Part shown: piece by piece, positions 51,510 to 63,612 of the stretch
How positions within the stretch are numbered: position 1 is the first letter of the stretch
Layout of the letters: every line of letters starts with the position of its first letter
Source of the DNA: Octopus sinensis
Taxonomy: Eukaryota
NCBI RefSeq assembly: GCF_006345805.1
Contig: NC_042999.1
Span: 42,532,001-42,596,000 of the forward strand
DNA length: 64,000 nt
Direction: 5' to 3'
The notes under the pieces: generated by a model
The model's input: the letters and a program-made list of their open reading frames with translations, nothing else
Told to the model about the DNA's origin: nothing
The model's database searches: none
Translations under genes and position numbers: made by a program

Positions 51510-52599
51510 TGTGTAAGGAGATGTATGAAGATCACATCAAAGGTTCAAATTCTGGACCTGGTGGTTTATTGTGTTCTTGAGCAAGGTACTTTATTTCATA
51601 CTGCTCCAATCTATTCTGCTGAAAATGTGTACCACTTCGGTGCTTCTGCAGACCTTTCTACCTCCACTTGTAACATCCTTGATGTTCCACTAAGTCAAGG
51701 GTAATAAAGCCATGACTAGTGAAACCATGGTACCAGCTATCAAGTCATAATCACCAGCAAGTGATGGCTATAGTTTATAAAACCATAAATATGTGTGCAT
51801 GTACGTACATATATACAAGCGGTGTATGAAAAGTCTTGAGCCTCAAAAAAGAATATACATACATATATAACATATTATGCTTTACAAACCATATGTTATA
51901 CATGTATGTATATTTTTGTTATTGTCATTTTAGTAAATAAATAAATAAGTTGACATAATATAATGTCTGAAAGTTGATGAATACCACCTATTGATCCCCT
52001 CCATTTTCTTATTGCTCTATAAATTAAAAGTAAAATATCTCTTTACCCTCACACATCTAGTACACTTGGTAATGTAATTGCAATGCAATAAAAAACACTT
52101 GTGCATTAATAATTGGGTATTCTACCAGCAGTATATTGGATAGATATTATCCCTTAGGTGGTTGGATTCACAACCTCTAACTTTCTTGGAATATATATAT
52201 ATATTGCGGGTGGCACGTAAAAAGCACCCACTACACTCACGGAGTGGTTGGCGTTAGGAAGGGCATCCAGCCATAGAAACACTGCCAGATCAGACTGGGC
52301 CTGATGCAGCCTTCTGGCTTCACAGACCCCAGTTGAACCGTCCAACCCATGCTAGCATGGAAAGCGGACGCTAAATGATGATGATGATGATGATGATGAT
52401 AGAGAGAGAGAGAGACAGACAGACAGACAGTCAGACAGACATATAAAACCACACTGAGCAAAAGGTTTTTCAGAGTTTCCCTGTTGATTTTTGACAATGT
52501 ATCGTCATTTTATATCATTAATTTGAGACAAATTGTCCAATTGCTGCTGAATATTTTTTTCTTTACTTTCATGAAAAACATAGAAACATGAATCATTTA

Positions 52600-53000
52600 T
52601 TCTTAAATTTTACAGCTTTGAAAATAAGTGGTGAGAAAATTGCAATTAGAGCCATTTTACACTACTTGTGGGAAAAAATGGACAGAGTGCAAGAGCAACA
52701 TCAAAAGAAATTAATGATATGGAAGGCCCAAGAACTGTCAATGAATATGTGGCACAAAGTGTTTCAGACATTTCAAGGAAGGTGACACCAGCTTCAAAGA
52801 CAAACCAAAGTCTGGGAGACCATCTGTCATGGAAAACGAGGCCTTGCTTTAGATGGTCGGACAACAGCCAAGCACAAGCACTCATATACATTGTCAACAG
52901 AACTAGGTCCTTCACAAAGCAACACCAATTGATAACTCCATATGATCAGCCTTGTAGACAGACAGTCAAGAAGCTCCTCATGAATTGACCAATGACCAAG
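52600..53000 (+). mobile_element. Mariner transposase N-terminal (HTH) pseudogene fragment
   Basis: IRAILHYLW-KNGQSARATSKEINDMEGPRTV...FKEGDTSFKDKPKSGRPS across frameshifts. Confidence 0.75.
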
Positions 53001-53039
53001 CTCAAGGATGTGTGAATATTTGCCAACAACAGTTGCCAA

Positions 53040-53535
53040 ATCCTAGAAATGCCTGTTTTGAGCACTGAACTGATGGAAAATGGATCTATTTTCAAAACCC
53101 TAATAAGAGAAATCAGTTGCTTCATTCTGGTCAGGCTTCAGAACCTGGTGTCAAATTGGGGCGATTTGAACTGAAGGTCTTGTTGTGCATTTCGTGGCAT
53201 TTTGAGAGTTGAATGTCTACCATACTTGGGTTTTGTCTTCATTGCTATATGCATGTGAGATTTGGGTTACTTATCAGAAGCATATGAAAAGACTGGAGCA
53301 ATTTCATCAGCAGTGTCTCTGGGTATTTGATGGCAAATGCATGTAAGTGACTTTGAAGACCTCAAAAAGTGCTAGTCTAGAAGTAGATTGTCTCTAGTAC
53401 TTCAGCACTGATTATAATGGAATGGTTTTGTGGTCAGGATGGAAAGTAATCCCTAACCTTAACCCCAAGCTATTCTTCTATGTACACCAATACATAAAAA
53501 CCAAAATTAAGGTATAAGGATGGCATCAAGAATAT
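53040..53535 (+). mobile_element. RTE (BovB-like) LINE RT fragment
   Basis: LYACEIWVTYQKHMKRLEQFHQQCL and RYKDGIK motifs. Confidence 0.8.
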
Positions 53536-54242
53536 ATTTGAGAAGGTCAACATCATGGAAAATGGATAGGAAATCCTTGCTCTAGATTGTTCATCATGCA
53601 GGGAAGCAATGCTCAATGAGAGGAGGGAATTCAAACATAAGTGTAGCAAGCATAAAAAGCTCAAGAGAGATTTGAGAAGGTCAACATCATGGAAAATGGA
53701 TTGGAAATCCTTGCCCTAGATTGTTCATCATGCAGGGAAGCAATGCTCAATGAGAGGAGGGAATTCAAACATAAGTGTAGCAAGCATAAAAAGCTCAAGA
53801 GAGATTTGAGAAGGTCAACATCATGGAAAATGGATTGGAAATCCTTGCTCTAGATTGTTCATCATGCCGGGAAGCAATGCTCATGAGAGGAGGGAATTCA
53901 AACATAAGTGTAGCAAGCATAAAAAGCTCAAGAGAGATTTGAGAAGGTCAACATCATGGAAAATGGATTGGAAATCCTTGCCCTAGATTGTTCATCATGC
54001 AGGGAAGCAATGCTCAATGAGAGGAGGGAATTCAAACATAAGTGTAGCAAGCATAAAAAGCTCAAGAGAGATTTGAGAAGGTCAACATCATGGAAAATGG
54101 ATTGGAAATCCTTGCTCTAGATTGTTCATCATGCCGGGAAGCAATGCTCAATGAGAGGAGGGAATTCAAACATAAGTGTAGCAAGCATAAAAAGCTCAAG
54201 AGAGATTTGAGAAGGTCAACATCATGGAAAATGGATTGGAAA
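53536..54242 (+). repeat. 134-bp tandem repeat (about 5.3 copies) of the RTE 3' coding end
   Basis: atttgagaaggtc recurs at 53536, 53670, 53804, 53937, 54071 and 54205. Confidence 0.95.
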
Positions 54243-54705
54243 CTAACTGTTCAAACTATAAAGACTGGCAAAATCACTTATATGAGTAAAAAGTATGTTT
54301 CTGCCGGTGTTTACATTTGTATGATCGCTCTATATGTGTGTTAACAAGGTGATTCTTAGAGAAGAGAATATGGAAGAGTTCAAAGTTGCAAATGTTACAA
54401 AATCTCTTGCCCTTATCGTAAGGAAAAGATATGGACAGTATGAACCAATCTAACTTAAAATCTTTATTGTTGTCTTTAAGATGCCAAACCAATTTACTTA
54501 GCCCTGTGCTATGACGTTTACTGCTATCCCTAAATGATGAATAATGATTTGAAATTCTCTTAGATAACTGGGAAGTGGACGCACCTATGTAGAAGTAGAC
54601 ATCGGTACCGTAAGAAATTTTACACTTGTATATAGAATTCTTGATCTTAGAATTATTAGACAAAAATTTAATTCTGTTGGGGTTGTCCTCAGAGATCAAA
54701 ACCAA
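54240..54705 (-). mobile_element. Penelope-like element GIY-YIG endonuclease C-terminal fragment
   Basis: Open 143-codon frame with SIY...YIG...KR..NH..SF...STGLSKLVWHLK...W.I...CNICNFE...LVN...CKH, the layout of PLE GIY-YIG domains. Confidence 0.8.
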
Positions 54706-54717
54706 GTTTTTATTGCT

Positions 54718-54720
54718 ATG

Positions 54721-54758
<38 letters not shown>

Positions 54759-54905
54759 CATTATTATTATTATTATTATCATTATTATTATTATTATTAT
54801 AGTTGTTATTATTATTATTATTATTATTATCATTATTATTATTATTGTTATTATTATTATTATTACTATTATTATTATTATTATTATTATTGTTATTATT
54901 ATTCA
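54718..54905. repeat. (ATT)n microsatellite
   Basis: Directly visible. Similar tracts occur at 24231-24440 and 21215-21365. Confidence 0.95.
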
Positions 54906-55023
54906 GTAGTTTTATTTTTATAGCGTGCTTTCACTTCACTACCGAGCACAGCTCTGTGTGCTTTGGGTATGTGCTGTGATTTGTTGTGATGCTCTGATGG
55001 TTATTGTATGGAAAGTGTTATTA

Positions 55024-55058
<35 letters not shown>

Positions 55059-55552
55059 GTTATTATTATCATACAAATGTAAACACTGGCAGAAAGATAC
55101 TTTTTACTCATATAAGTGATTTCACCAGTCTTTATAGTTTGAACAGTTAGTTTAACTTGCACTTTACTTCAATAGAGAAATCTACTTCTAAGCCTTTGAA
55201 CATATTTTCAGCCAATGTATCCCTCTTTATTTGTTCTCTACTTATTATTTCTTTAACCCTTCTCTTTCTAGTATCTGCCTTTGACATCAAATCTACAAAC
55301 GGTTTTTTTAAATACTAAATACTCAATAACGTTCTGTTTATCATTTAGGCAGTCACCGTAATTGTTATAATGTCTTGTTGTTGAGAGAGGCTCTCTTTCT
55401 TTCCTGATGAGAAGATTGCATTTTACACCATTTATTCCTTTGGAATAAAACCATGTTGTCTTCGAAACATATGTCAAAAGTAAAAGAATTTTATTAACAT
55501 CTTCGTATAACTCCATTTATTTATTTATTCATTTATATATATATATATATAT

Positions 55553-55710
55553 GGGTGCTTGTGTGGCAAGAAGCTGTGCTTCCCAACCACATGGTTTCGG
55601 GTTCAGTCTTGGAGCAAGTGTCTTCTACTATAACCCCGAGCCAACCAAGGTCTTGTGAGTCAATTTGGTAGATGGAAACTGAAAGACGCCTATCAATTAC
55701 ATGTGTGTGT

Positions 55711-55744
<34 letters not shown>

Positions 55745-56195
55745 TTTATGTATGTGTATCTTTGTGTCTGCATTTGTCTCCCTGCCATCACTTGACAACC
55801 AATGGTGGTGTGTTTACATCCCAGTAACCTAGCAGTTCAGCAAAAAATACCAATAGAATAAGTACTAGGCTTACAAAGAATAAGTCCTGGGGTTGATTTC
55901 TTTGACTAAAAAAGAAAACCCTTTAACCCTTTAGTGTTCAGATTATTCTATCAAACATAATGCTTATTGATTTACATTGATTTGAATTAATCATGCATTA
56001 TCTCATATCTTCAAGATCTTGATGGTGTAATTACCTAATGTAGAATAACATTGTAGGGTAGGTGTGAGGACCTGGATCTGGTCAGTTTGAACATAAAACA
56101 GATTAAATATTTTGGCCGGATATGGCCGGTTTAAATATTAAAGTGTTAAGGCGGTACCCCAGCATGGCTGCAGTGAAATGACTGAAACAAGTAAA
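55553..56195 (+). mobile_element. Diverged family A SINE interrupted by a piggyBac-type MITE (55927-56145)
   Basis: The MITE has TTAA at 55923-55926 and 56146-56149, begins CCCTTTAGTGTT, and is the reverse orientation of the 7825-8045 family. Confidence 0.75.
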
Positions 56196-57061
56196 CGAGT
56201 AAAAGAATATAAATAATGGAAGTTCTATGTTACCATTGACAGTAATAGTGTGAACAAAGAAAAAGATAGTTTAATACTCTTGGGAGTGTAAATATGAAAT
56301 GTGTAACATAATAGTTACAGTATAATGTAGTCTTTCGGATGACAATGGGATTTATCATTTTGTTATCTGAAGGATATCAAGAAACTTCAAGAGACAGCAG
56401 AATAAAGACAACTTTAAATGGATAAACTCTACTACATGAAATGTACCGAGTACTCAATCTTTTTCTGTGTACTTTCAAATGTGTATACACACACATGCAC
56501 ACATATATGTGTATGTATATATAAATATATATGTGTGTGTTGTATATACATATATATATGTGTGTGTGTGTATATACATAGATATATATAAATGCGTGTG
56601 TGTATGTATGTGTGTGTGTATGTATGTGTGTGTGTGTATTTATATATATACACACACTGCATGCTCTGTGTGCAACTAATGTACACATACAGACATACAC
56701 ACACAGGCATATACATTTATATACTATACACTCACAGACACAGACACAACAATATAAATACATATGCATACACACACACACACACACACGCACACACTCA
56801 CACACACACACATACATATACACAAAAATGTGTACATATATTCTATGCCATTACACACGTGTGCTTAGAAATAACACTCGAATATATGTGCATAAATATC
56901 TTAAACATAAGGCACATACATATACCCACACATCTACATCACATATATATATATATATCTATATACATACGTACATACACACACACACATACACATACAT
57001 ACATGTATGATTTCTGCAAAGATGGTTGCCATGGGCAACACACTGCAATTTCTGGCATCAC

Positions 57062-57071
57062 AAAAGGATAT
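57062..57071 (-). promoter_or_regulatory. U12-type (minor spliceosome) 5' splice site ATATCCTTTT
   Basis: The minus strand reads GAA ATC A|ATATCCTTTTG, an exact match to the RTATCCTTT U12 donor consensus, at the point where homology to KIF6 jumps to exon B. Confidence 0.85.
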
Positions 57072-57225
57072 TGATTTCGTTATCTCTTTGCATAATGATA
57101 TTCTTCAGTTTGCTTTCCTCTGCTGAGAAGTACGGACTCACATCGAGATCTTGGTGGTTGGTTGCGGTGGTTTCTTTACTTCTTGTCTCCGACTGGAACC
57201 TTGCTGTTTGCTCTTCAAGCCGTTT
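57072..57225 (-). CDS. KIF6: KIF6 kinesin, internal coding exon A (post-motor coiled-coil stalk)
   Basis: Translates KRLEEQTARFQSETRSKETTATNHQDLDVSPYFSAEESKLKNIIMQRDNEI+A (154 nt, phase 0 to 1). The end matches the KL-x-x-I-x-x-QRDNEI motif I recall from vertebrate KIF6. Acceptor is tctttctataaacag, and the donor is the U12-type ATATCCTTTT. The 5' boundary is less certain because another AG lies about 45 nt upstream. Confidence 0.85.
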
Positions 57226-57694
57226 CTGTTTATAGAAAGAGTTGCAATGTAAACCCAACTGACATTTTACTAAAAGAATGCAATGAAGAAGAAGAAGAAG
57301 AAAAAAAAGTCTAAAATATCAGATATTTTAACTGGCTTTTGTGTCTATGCATATAAGAGATTAAGTATGCATATATGCACCTATAGATATCAGTGTAAAA
57401 AAAGAATTTATACATACATACATACATAAATATATATGAATGTATGTATGTAGATATATATGTGTGTGTGTGTGTCTATAACACAGATGTATTGGTACAT
57501 ATAGTAAATGTACACACACATATTCACACACACACACACACATATATGTGTATGCATGTATAAATACATACATCTACATGTGTGCATGCATAAATGAAAA
57601 CATATGCATACATAATTATTTGTATATGTATATCATTGTTTGTGTTTTTATTTTTGAGTGTCTACATACATGTGTATATAGAGATAGATGTATA

Positions 57695-57751
<57 letters not shown>

Positions 57752-58030
57752 GCATATATATGCATATATATATATATATATATATATAAATATATATATG
57801 CATATATATGCATATATATATATATATATGCGTATTATATGTGCATAGATACACACACACACACACATCATATATATATATATATATATTAAACACATGC
57901 TTATAAATATGTGTGTGTGTATTGTGTGTATGTGTGTGAGTGTATATTTATATATGTAGATAGACAGACAGAGAGAAAGATAGATACAGAAATACAGATA
58001 TGTAAAAATACAAACATTGACACACATGTA

Positions 58031-58066
<36 letters not shown>

Positions 58067-58604
58067 CGCAGTAATACCAGAAATTAGGACTGATTTGACT
58101 TGTTTCGGTACTACTCAGACTTTTATAATCATATGACGGGCTTACAGAGGAATTATTTATTCGGACAAAATGAGGCCCATAGCCATTGATATTTTTGAGA
58201 CTTAAATGCTTGAGCAGTTAAAGCAGCCAAAATTTTCAACCTGTTTTACGTTGAAAAGGATTAGATCCAGCTTCTCACATCTACCCTACAATGTCATTCT
58301 GAACATCAACATTCACATCATTGGTATCTTGAGGCCACAAGATAACGCACGATTAATGCGAATGAAGGTGAATAAGTAAACATCATTTATTCATTATCAT
58401 TAATGTTGAATATTAATGTTAAAGGATTTAACATTTAAAATATAAATGCTTGATAAGATATTTAGACATAGGGATAGAAATAAACATGATAATGTAAGAA
58501 ACTTTTGAGATGTTGACTGCACAGAAGTAGCCCAGGAGAAGAAAGTGGAGAAGCACAAAAGTAGGGAGAATGGAAAAGAGAACGAGATAAATAAGATAGA
58601 GGAA

Positions 58605-58765
58605 GGCACAGGAGTGGCTGTGTGGTAAGTAGCTTGCTAACGAACCACATGGTTCCGGGTTCAGTCTCACTGCGTGGCATCTTGGGCAAGTGTCTTTTGC
58701 TATAGCCCCGGGCCGACCAATGCCTTGTGAGTGGATTTGGTAGACGGAAACTGAAAGAAGCCTGT

Positions 58766-58802
<37 letters not shown>

Positions 58803-59012
58803 TTGTGTGTCTGTGTTTGTCCCCTAGCATTGCTTGACAACCGATGCTGGTGTGTTTACGTCCCCGTCACTTAGTGGTTCGGCAAAAAGAGACCGACAGA
58901 ATAAGTACTGGGCTTACAAAGAATAAGTCCCGGGGTCGATTTCCTCGACTAAAGGCGGTGCTCCAGCATGGCCACAGTCAAATGACTGAAACAAGTAAAA
59001 GAGAGTAAAGAG
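58605..59012 (+). mobile_element. SINE family A, full length, low divergence
   Basis: Complete head, central (TA)n(TG)n and tail. Confidence 0.88.
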
Positions 59013-59129
59013 AAAGAGAGAAAGATAAAGGTAGAATGGTTGGGGCGGAAGGAGCTGATGATGGAAAGGTATTAAGGAGTAGGCAGTTTACTGAGTAAAG
59101 GTAATAGTAAAGATGAGAGATATGACTAT

Positions 59130-59775
59130 AATTCTCTTTTCTCTTTTCCTTGTTTCAGTCATTTGACTGCGCCCATGCTGGAGCACCGCCTTTTGTCGAG
59201 CAAATCGACCCCAGGACATATTCTTCGTAAGCCTAGTACTTATTCTATTGGTCTCTTTTGCCGAACTGGTAAGTTACGGGGACGTAAACACACCAGCATC
59301 AGTTGTCAAGCGATGTTGGGAGGGACAAACGCAGACACACAAACACACACACACACATATATATATACCGGAGTAAACACATAAATGTGAAGAAACAAGA
59401 TGGAAAAAGAGTACTCAAATACCAGTGGTAGAGTAATATGCTTTATTTAAAGCACCAGAAAATTCAACAAAACCTGTTACTCTGAGTTTCACGTTCCCGT
59501 TTGTTGGACAGTTTTGTCCACGAACGGGAATGTGAAACTCAGAGTAACAGGTTTTGTTGAATTTTCTGCTGCTTTAAATAAAGTATATATATATATATAT
59601 ATACATATATACCACAGGCTTCTTTCGGTTTCCGTCTACCAAATCCACTCACAAGGCTTTGGTCAGCCCGAGGCTATAGAAGAAGACACTTGCCCAAGGT
59701 GCCACACAGTGGGACTGAACCCGGAACCATGTGGTTGGTAAGCAAGCTACGTACCACACAGCCACTCCTACGCCT
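59130..59775 (-). mobile_element. SINE family A split at its central microsatellite by a Penelope-like fold-back insert
   Basis: 3' half 59130-59360, insert about 59365-59588, 5' half 59590-59775. Confidence 0.8.
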
Positions 59776-61261
59776 ATGATAAAGAAAAGCATATAGTAAT
59801 GAGAAAAGGCTGTAAGAATGAACAAGAAGTACAAGGTGTATTAGTAAGTAATTGACTGAAGAGAGAGATAGAAAGAAGCAAGGAAGTTGAGGGGTGGAAG
59901 AGATGAATGCATGAAAATATATGCAGAGTGAATGTGTTAAATTTTGCATAAGGTAGCTGTAGAAACCATGTCAAGGCAGAGAGACAGTCGAGCTTGGTGC
60001 AGTCCTCTTGGCTCACCAGCTCCTGTCAAACCACCTGACCATGCCAGCAGGGAAGATGGACATTATATGACGATGATGATGATAATGATAACAATGACGA
60101 TGGTGAGGGTGCTAGTAGTGCTGATGATGATGATGATGACTGGAGAAAGGAATAAAGAGAAAATGTCACTGAAATATAAAGGAGAGAAAAGAAAAATGGT
60201 AAGGTGCAATAAATATATATATTGACTGTACAGAGAGAACAGCTGTTCTTTGCTTAAAGTGAAGCAAAAACATTCTATAGATAAAGTTAAATATGAGTTG
60301 TTGTTTTTCCAAATATGATTAAAAGAAAAGTCGGTATTCCAATAGTTTTCAGTTCCTCTATGAAACACATTTAAACAACATTTAGCTAAAAGTGTGTCTT
60401 TAACAAAAAAATGTGTCTTTAACAAAAAGTGCAGATTAGAAAGAAGTCTAGATACTCATAAGATATTTACATAACTTTAAGGATAGGCCAAAAAAGATAA
60501 AAGGATTTCAAAGAAATTCCACCAATACTGAATATATTGTAGTCCTAACTACTATACATTCAGCCTATAAAAGATTTATTTTGAAGACATTTTCGGATGT
60601 GTTCTTTTCTAGAGTGCTAAAAGTGTGTCTTTAACAGCACAATCAAGATCCCATAGAATATGGTTTTACAAATTCATCACTTAAAGCATGTGATGTATGA
60701 TATTTATCATCTTTCAGTTTCTAAATGTACCGTGAAAGAGTAGTGATGGAAGGAAGTTGGCATTTCTATTCTCTTGGTTCCATAAAGAATATGTTTATTG
60801 TATACACCAACTCTTAAAGGTGCATTCAGTTAAGCCGAAATAAATTTGTTCACGGTAGTCTACAAATTTCGTTTTAGCACAATAGACCTCATGGTGAGAT
60901 GATATTGGTACAGCTACATTGGAATTGATTACATGATGCAAACCTGTTACTGTATTTTATTCTGTAGAAGATGGAAATCAGATTCTTGATGTATCTAGAA
61001 CAGATGTAACTTACATGCAAGCATAACACCATCACTCGGTTTAATTCACCCTGTAGTCTGGGTGTAGCAGCCAATATCACAAAAGCTTATATAAATCTAG
61101 AACAGAAGTATTTTCCCACTGGCCATAGACACCAGAAAAAGCTTCAACAAAAATTCTCTGAAACTTCTTTACTAATCTTGGCTTTATATTTTACCATCTC
61201 CATTTGCTCCTAGTATCAAATATATTCAATTTTGTTGTTTATTATTCTTTTAATCCTATAA

Positions 61262-61595
61262 AGGTGCATGGCTCAGTGACTAGAGCATCAAGCTTACGAT
61301 CGTGAGGTTGTGAGCTCGAATCCTGGACCGGGCTGCGTGTTGTGTTCTTGAGCAAGACACTTTATTTCACGTTGCTCCAGTTCACTCAGCTGTAGAAATG
61401 AGTTGCGACGTCACTGGTGCCAAGCTGTATCGGCCTTTGCCTTTCCCTTGGATAACACTGGTGGCGTGGGGAGGGGAGGCCGGTATACATGGGCGACTGC
61501 TGGTCTTCCATAAACAACCATGCCCAGACTTGTGACTAGGAGGGTAACTTTCTAGGTGCAATCCCATGGTCAGTGTTGTGACTGAAGGGGGTCCC
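61262..61595 (+). mobile_element. SINE family F, full length
   Basis: Matches the reverse complement of 11395-11730. Confidence 0.85.
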
Positions 61596-62744
61596 GGATC
61601 CCGGAATCCTGTAAAACTTCCTAATTACCATCCCCATTGCACACAGTCACACACACACGAATTCAAAAATACACTTTCAGTAACATACATTCAAACTTAC
61701 TGACAATATACTAAGCTCATCTCAAGGAAAAATTATCAAATCTAATTTCAAAGAAAAAGAAACCTCTGGAATTTATTTCCAATTCACTATATACCTGCCT
61801 CATCAACTAACACATACAAACACACAAATTCACAAACACATCCAAAGCTAAATGACAAACATTAAAAATTTTTCAAACAGGTACGGCTGTGTGGTTAAGA
61901 AGTTTGCTTTGCAACCATGTAGCTCTAAGTTCGGTCCCACTGTGCTGTACCTTGGGCAAGTGTCTTAAATTATAACCCCTGGCCAACCAATACCTCGAGA
62001 GTGAAGCTGATAGATAGAAACTGTGTACAAGCTCATCATGATCATCATCATTCACATTTAATGTCCATCTTCCATGTTGGCATGGGTTGGACAGTTTGAC
62101 AGGAGCTGGCCAGTTGAAGAGCTTCCCAGGCTCCATGTCTATTTTGGTAAGGTTTCTACAGCTGGATGCCCTTCCTAATGCCATAACATCTATATTTATG
62201 TATGTGTGAGTCTTTGTGTTTGTTTTTGTCTCTCCCATCTCAGCACTTGAAAACAAGTGGTGGTTTGTTTTCATCCCTGTGGCTTAAAGGTTCTACAAAA
62301 GTGGCTGAAAGAAGAAGCACTGGGCTTAAAAAATAAATAAGTACTTGGGGGTTGATTTTGTTTAACTAAAACCCTTCAAGGCATTGCCCCATCATGGCCA
62401 CAGTCTAATGACTGAAGAAAGCAAAAGTAACAAAGTAAAGCATAAAGCCAAAATCAGAATCAAAAGTATCCCTAATAAGGTAAAATTAAACCAATCAGCT
62501 TCCCCCACACCACTGTTTGGGAGCCTCCCAGCCCCTACACACCATCCCTGAACACTATATAAGCTTTCTGCTCACAAACACTTTATCAACTGATAAAGTG
62601 TTAGGAGGCAGAATTTATTGACCCCCGAAAGGATGAAAGGCAAAGTTAACCTCAGCAGAATTTGAACTCAGAACAAAAAGACAGATGGAATGCCATTAAG
62701 CATTTTGCCCAGCATGCTAACAATTCTGCCTGCTCACTGGCTTG

Positions 62745-62777
<33 letters not shown>

Positions 62778-63612
62778 TATTTATGTATAACATATATGTA
62801 TGTATAAATAGCCAGATAAGTACAGATAGATCTATATTTGTCTATATGCGCATGCACACTTACACTCACACACACACACACACATGTACACAGACGCATA
62901 CACACTCAAATAGGTACACACATATCATCATCATTTTTAAGCCCACTTTTCCATATTCGCATGAGATGGATGGAATTTTGATGAGGAAGATTTTCTACAG
63001 GTGGACGCTCTTCCTCTCCTCAACCCTTGCCCAATTCTAAGAAAGGTAATAGTTTCTCCATAACTGCATAATGTTTTCACAGTAGATTGAAAATGAGAGA
63101 CATCATTTGCATGTACTGTGTGCTGCCGAACCCAAGAGACAGCAACATGCATGCACAGGCACACACACACACACACACAAGATGGGCTTTTTTCAACTTA
63201 CATCTGCCAAATCTATTCAGAAGGCTCCAGTTGGCCTGGGGTTATAGCAGAAGATGCTTGCCTAAAGTGCCACACAGTGGGACAGAACCCAGAACCATGT
63301 GGTTGGGAAGCAAACTTCTCACTACATAGCCATGCCTGTAGAAAATTCTTGTGTTAGCGTATAGATGGGTGTGTGCATATAAATGTGTGTGTTTCAAAAA
63401 TTTTACAAAAACATTACAAACTGAAAATTCATACCATATTCCTCATCAAATTTCGGGCCTTTAACATTGAAATTGTTCACTTTTGGTGTTGCCTGTGGCA
63501 GAAAGCCACTGGGAATAGCTAACAAATATGTGTGTTTGTGTGTGTATATATATATATGTATATATATAGATATATATATGGGTGTGTGTGATTGTGTATA
63601 GAAGAATATATT

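Noticed and set aside
53448-53467. Telomere-like ccctaaccttaaccc
   Set aside because: Only about two imperfect units inside a decayed LINE, which is consistent with chance.
57056-57061. Conventional GT donor (TT|GTGATG) for exon A
   Set aside because: It is phase 2 and has no compatible acceptor at exon B. It would also duplicate the IL residues that are encoded in exon B. The U12 donor explains the junction.
60385-60637. Three copies of aagtgtgtctttaaca
   Set aside because: Short local slippage duplications with no further structure.
60889-61080. Candidate upstream KIF6 exon, or a plus-strand exon at about 60968
   Set aside because: Isolated splice-like words occur, but there is no similarity to the expected GADMRK region and the plus frame stops quickly.
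61262-61335. tRNA genes at SINE heads (also about 7000-7065, 11660-11730, 44576-44650)
   Set aside because: They have A-box and B-box-like motifs but no complete cloverleaf that I could fold, and each continues into a SINE body.
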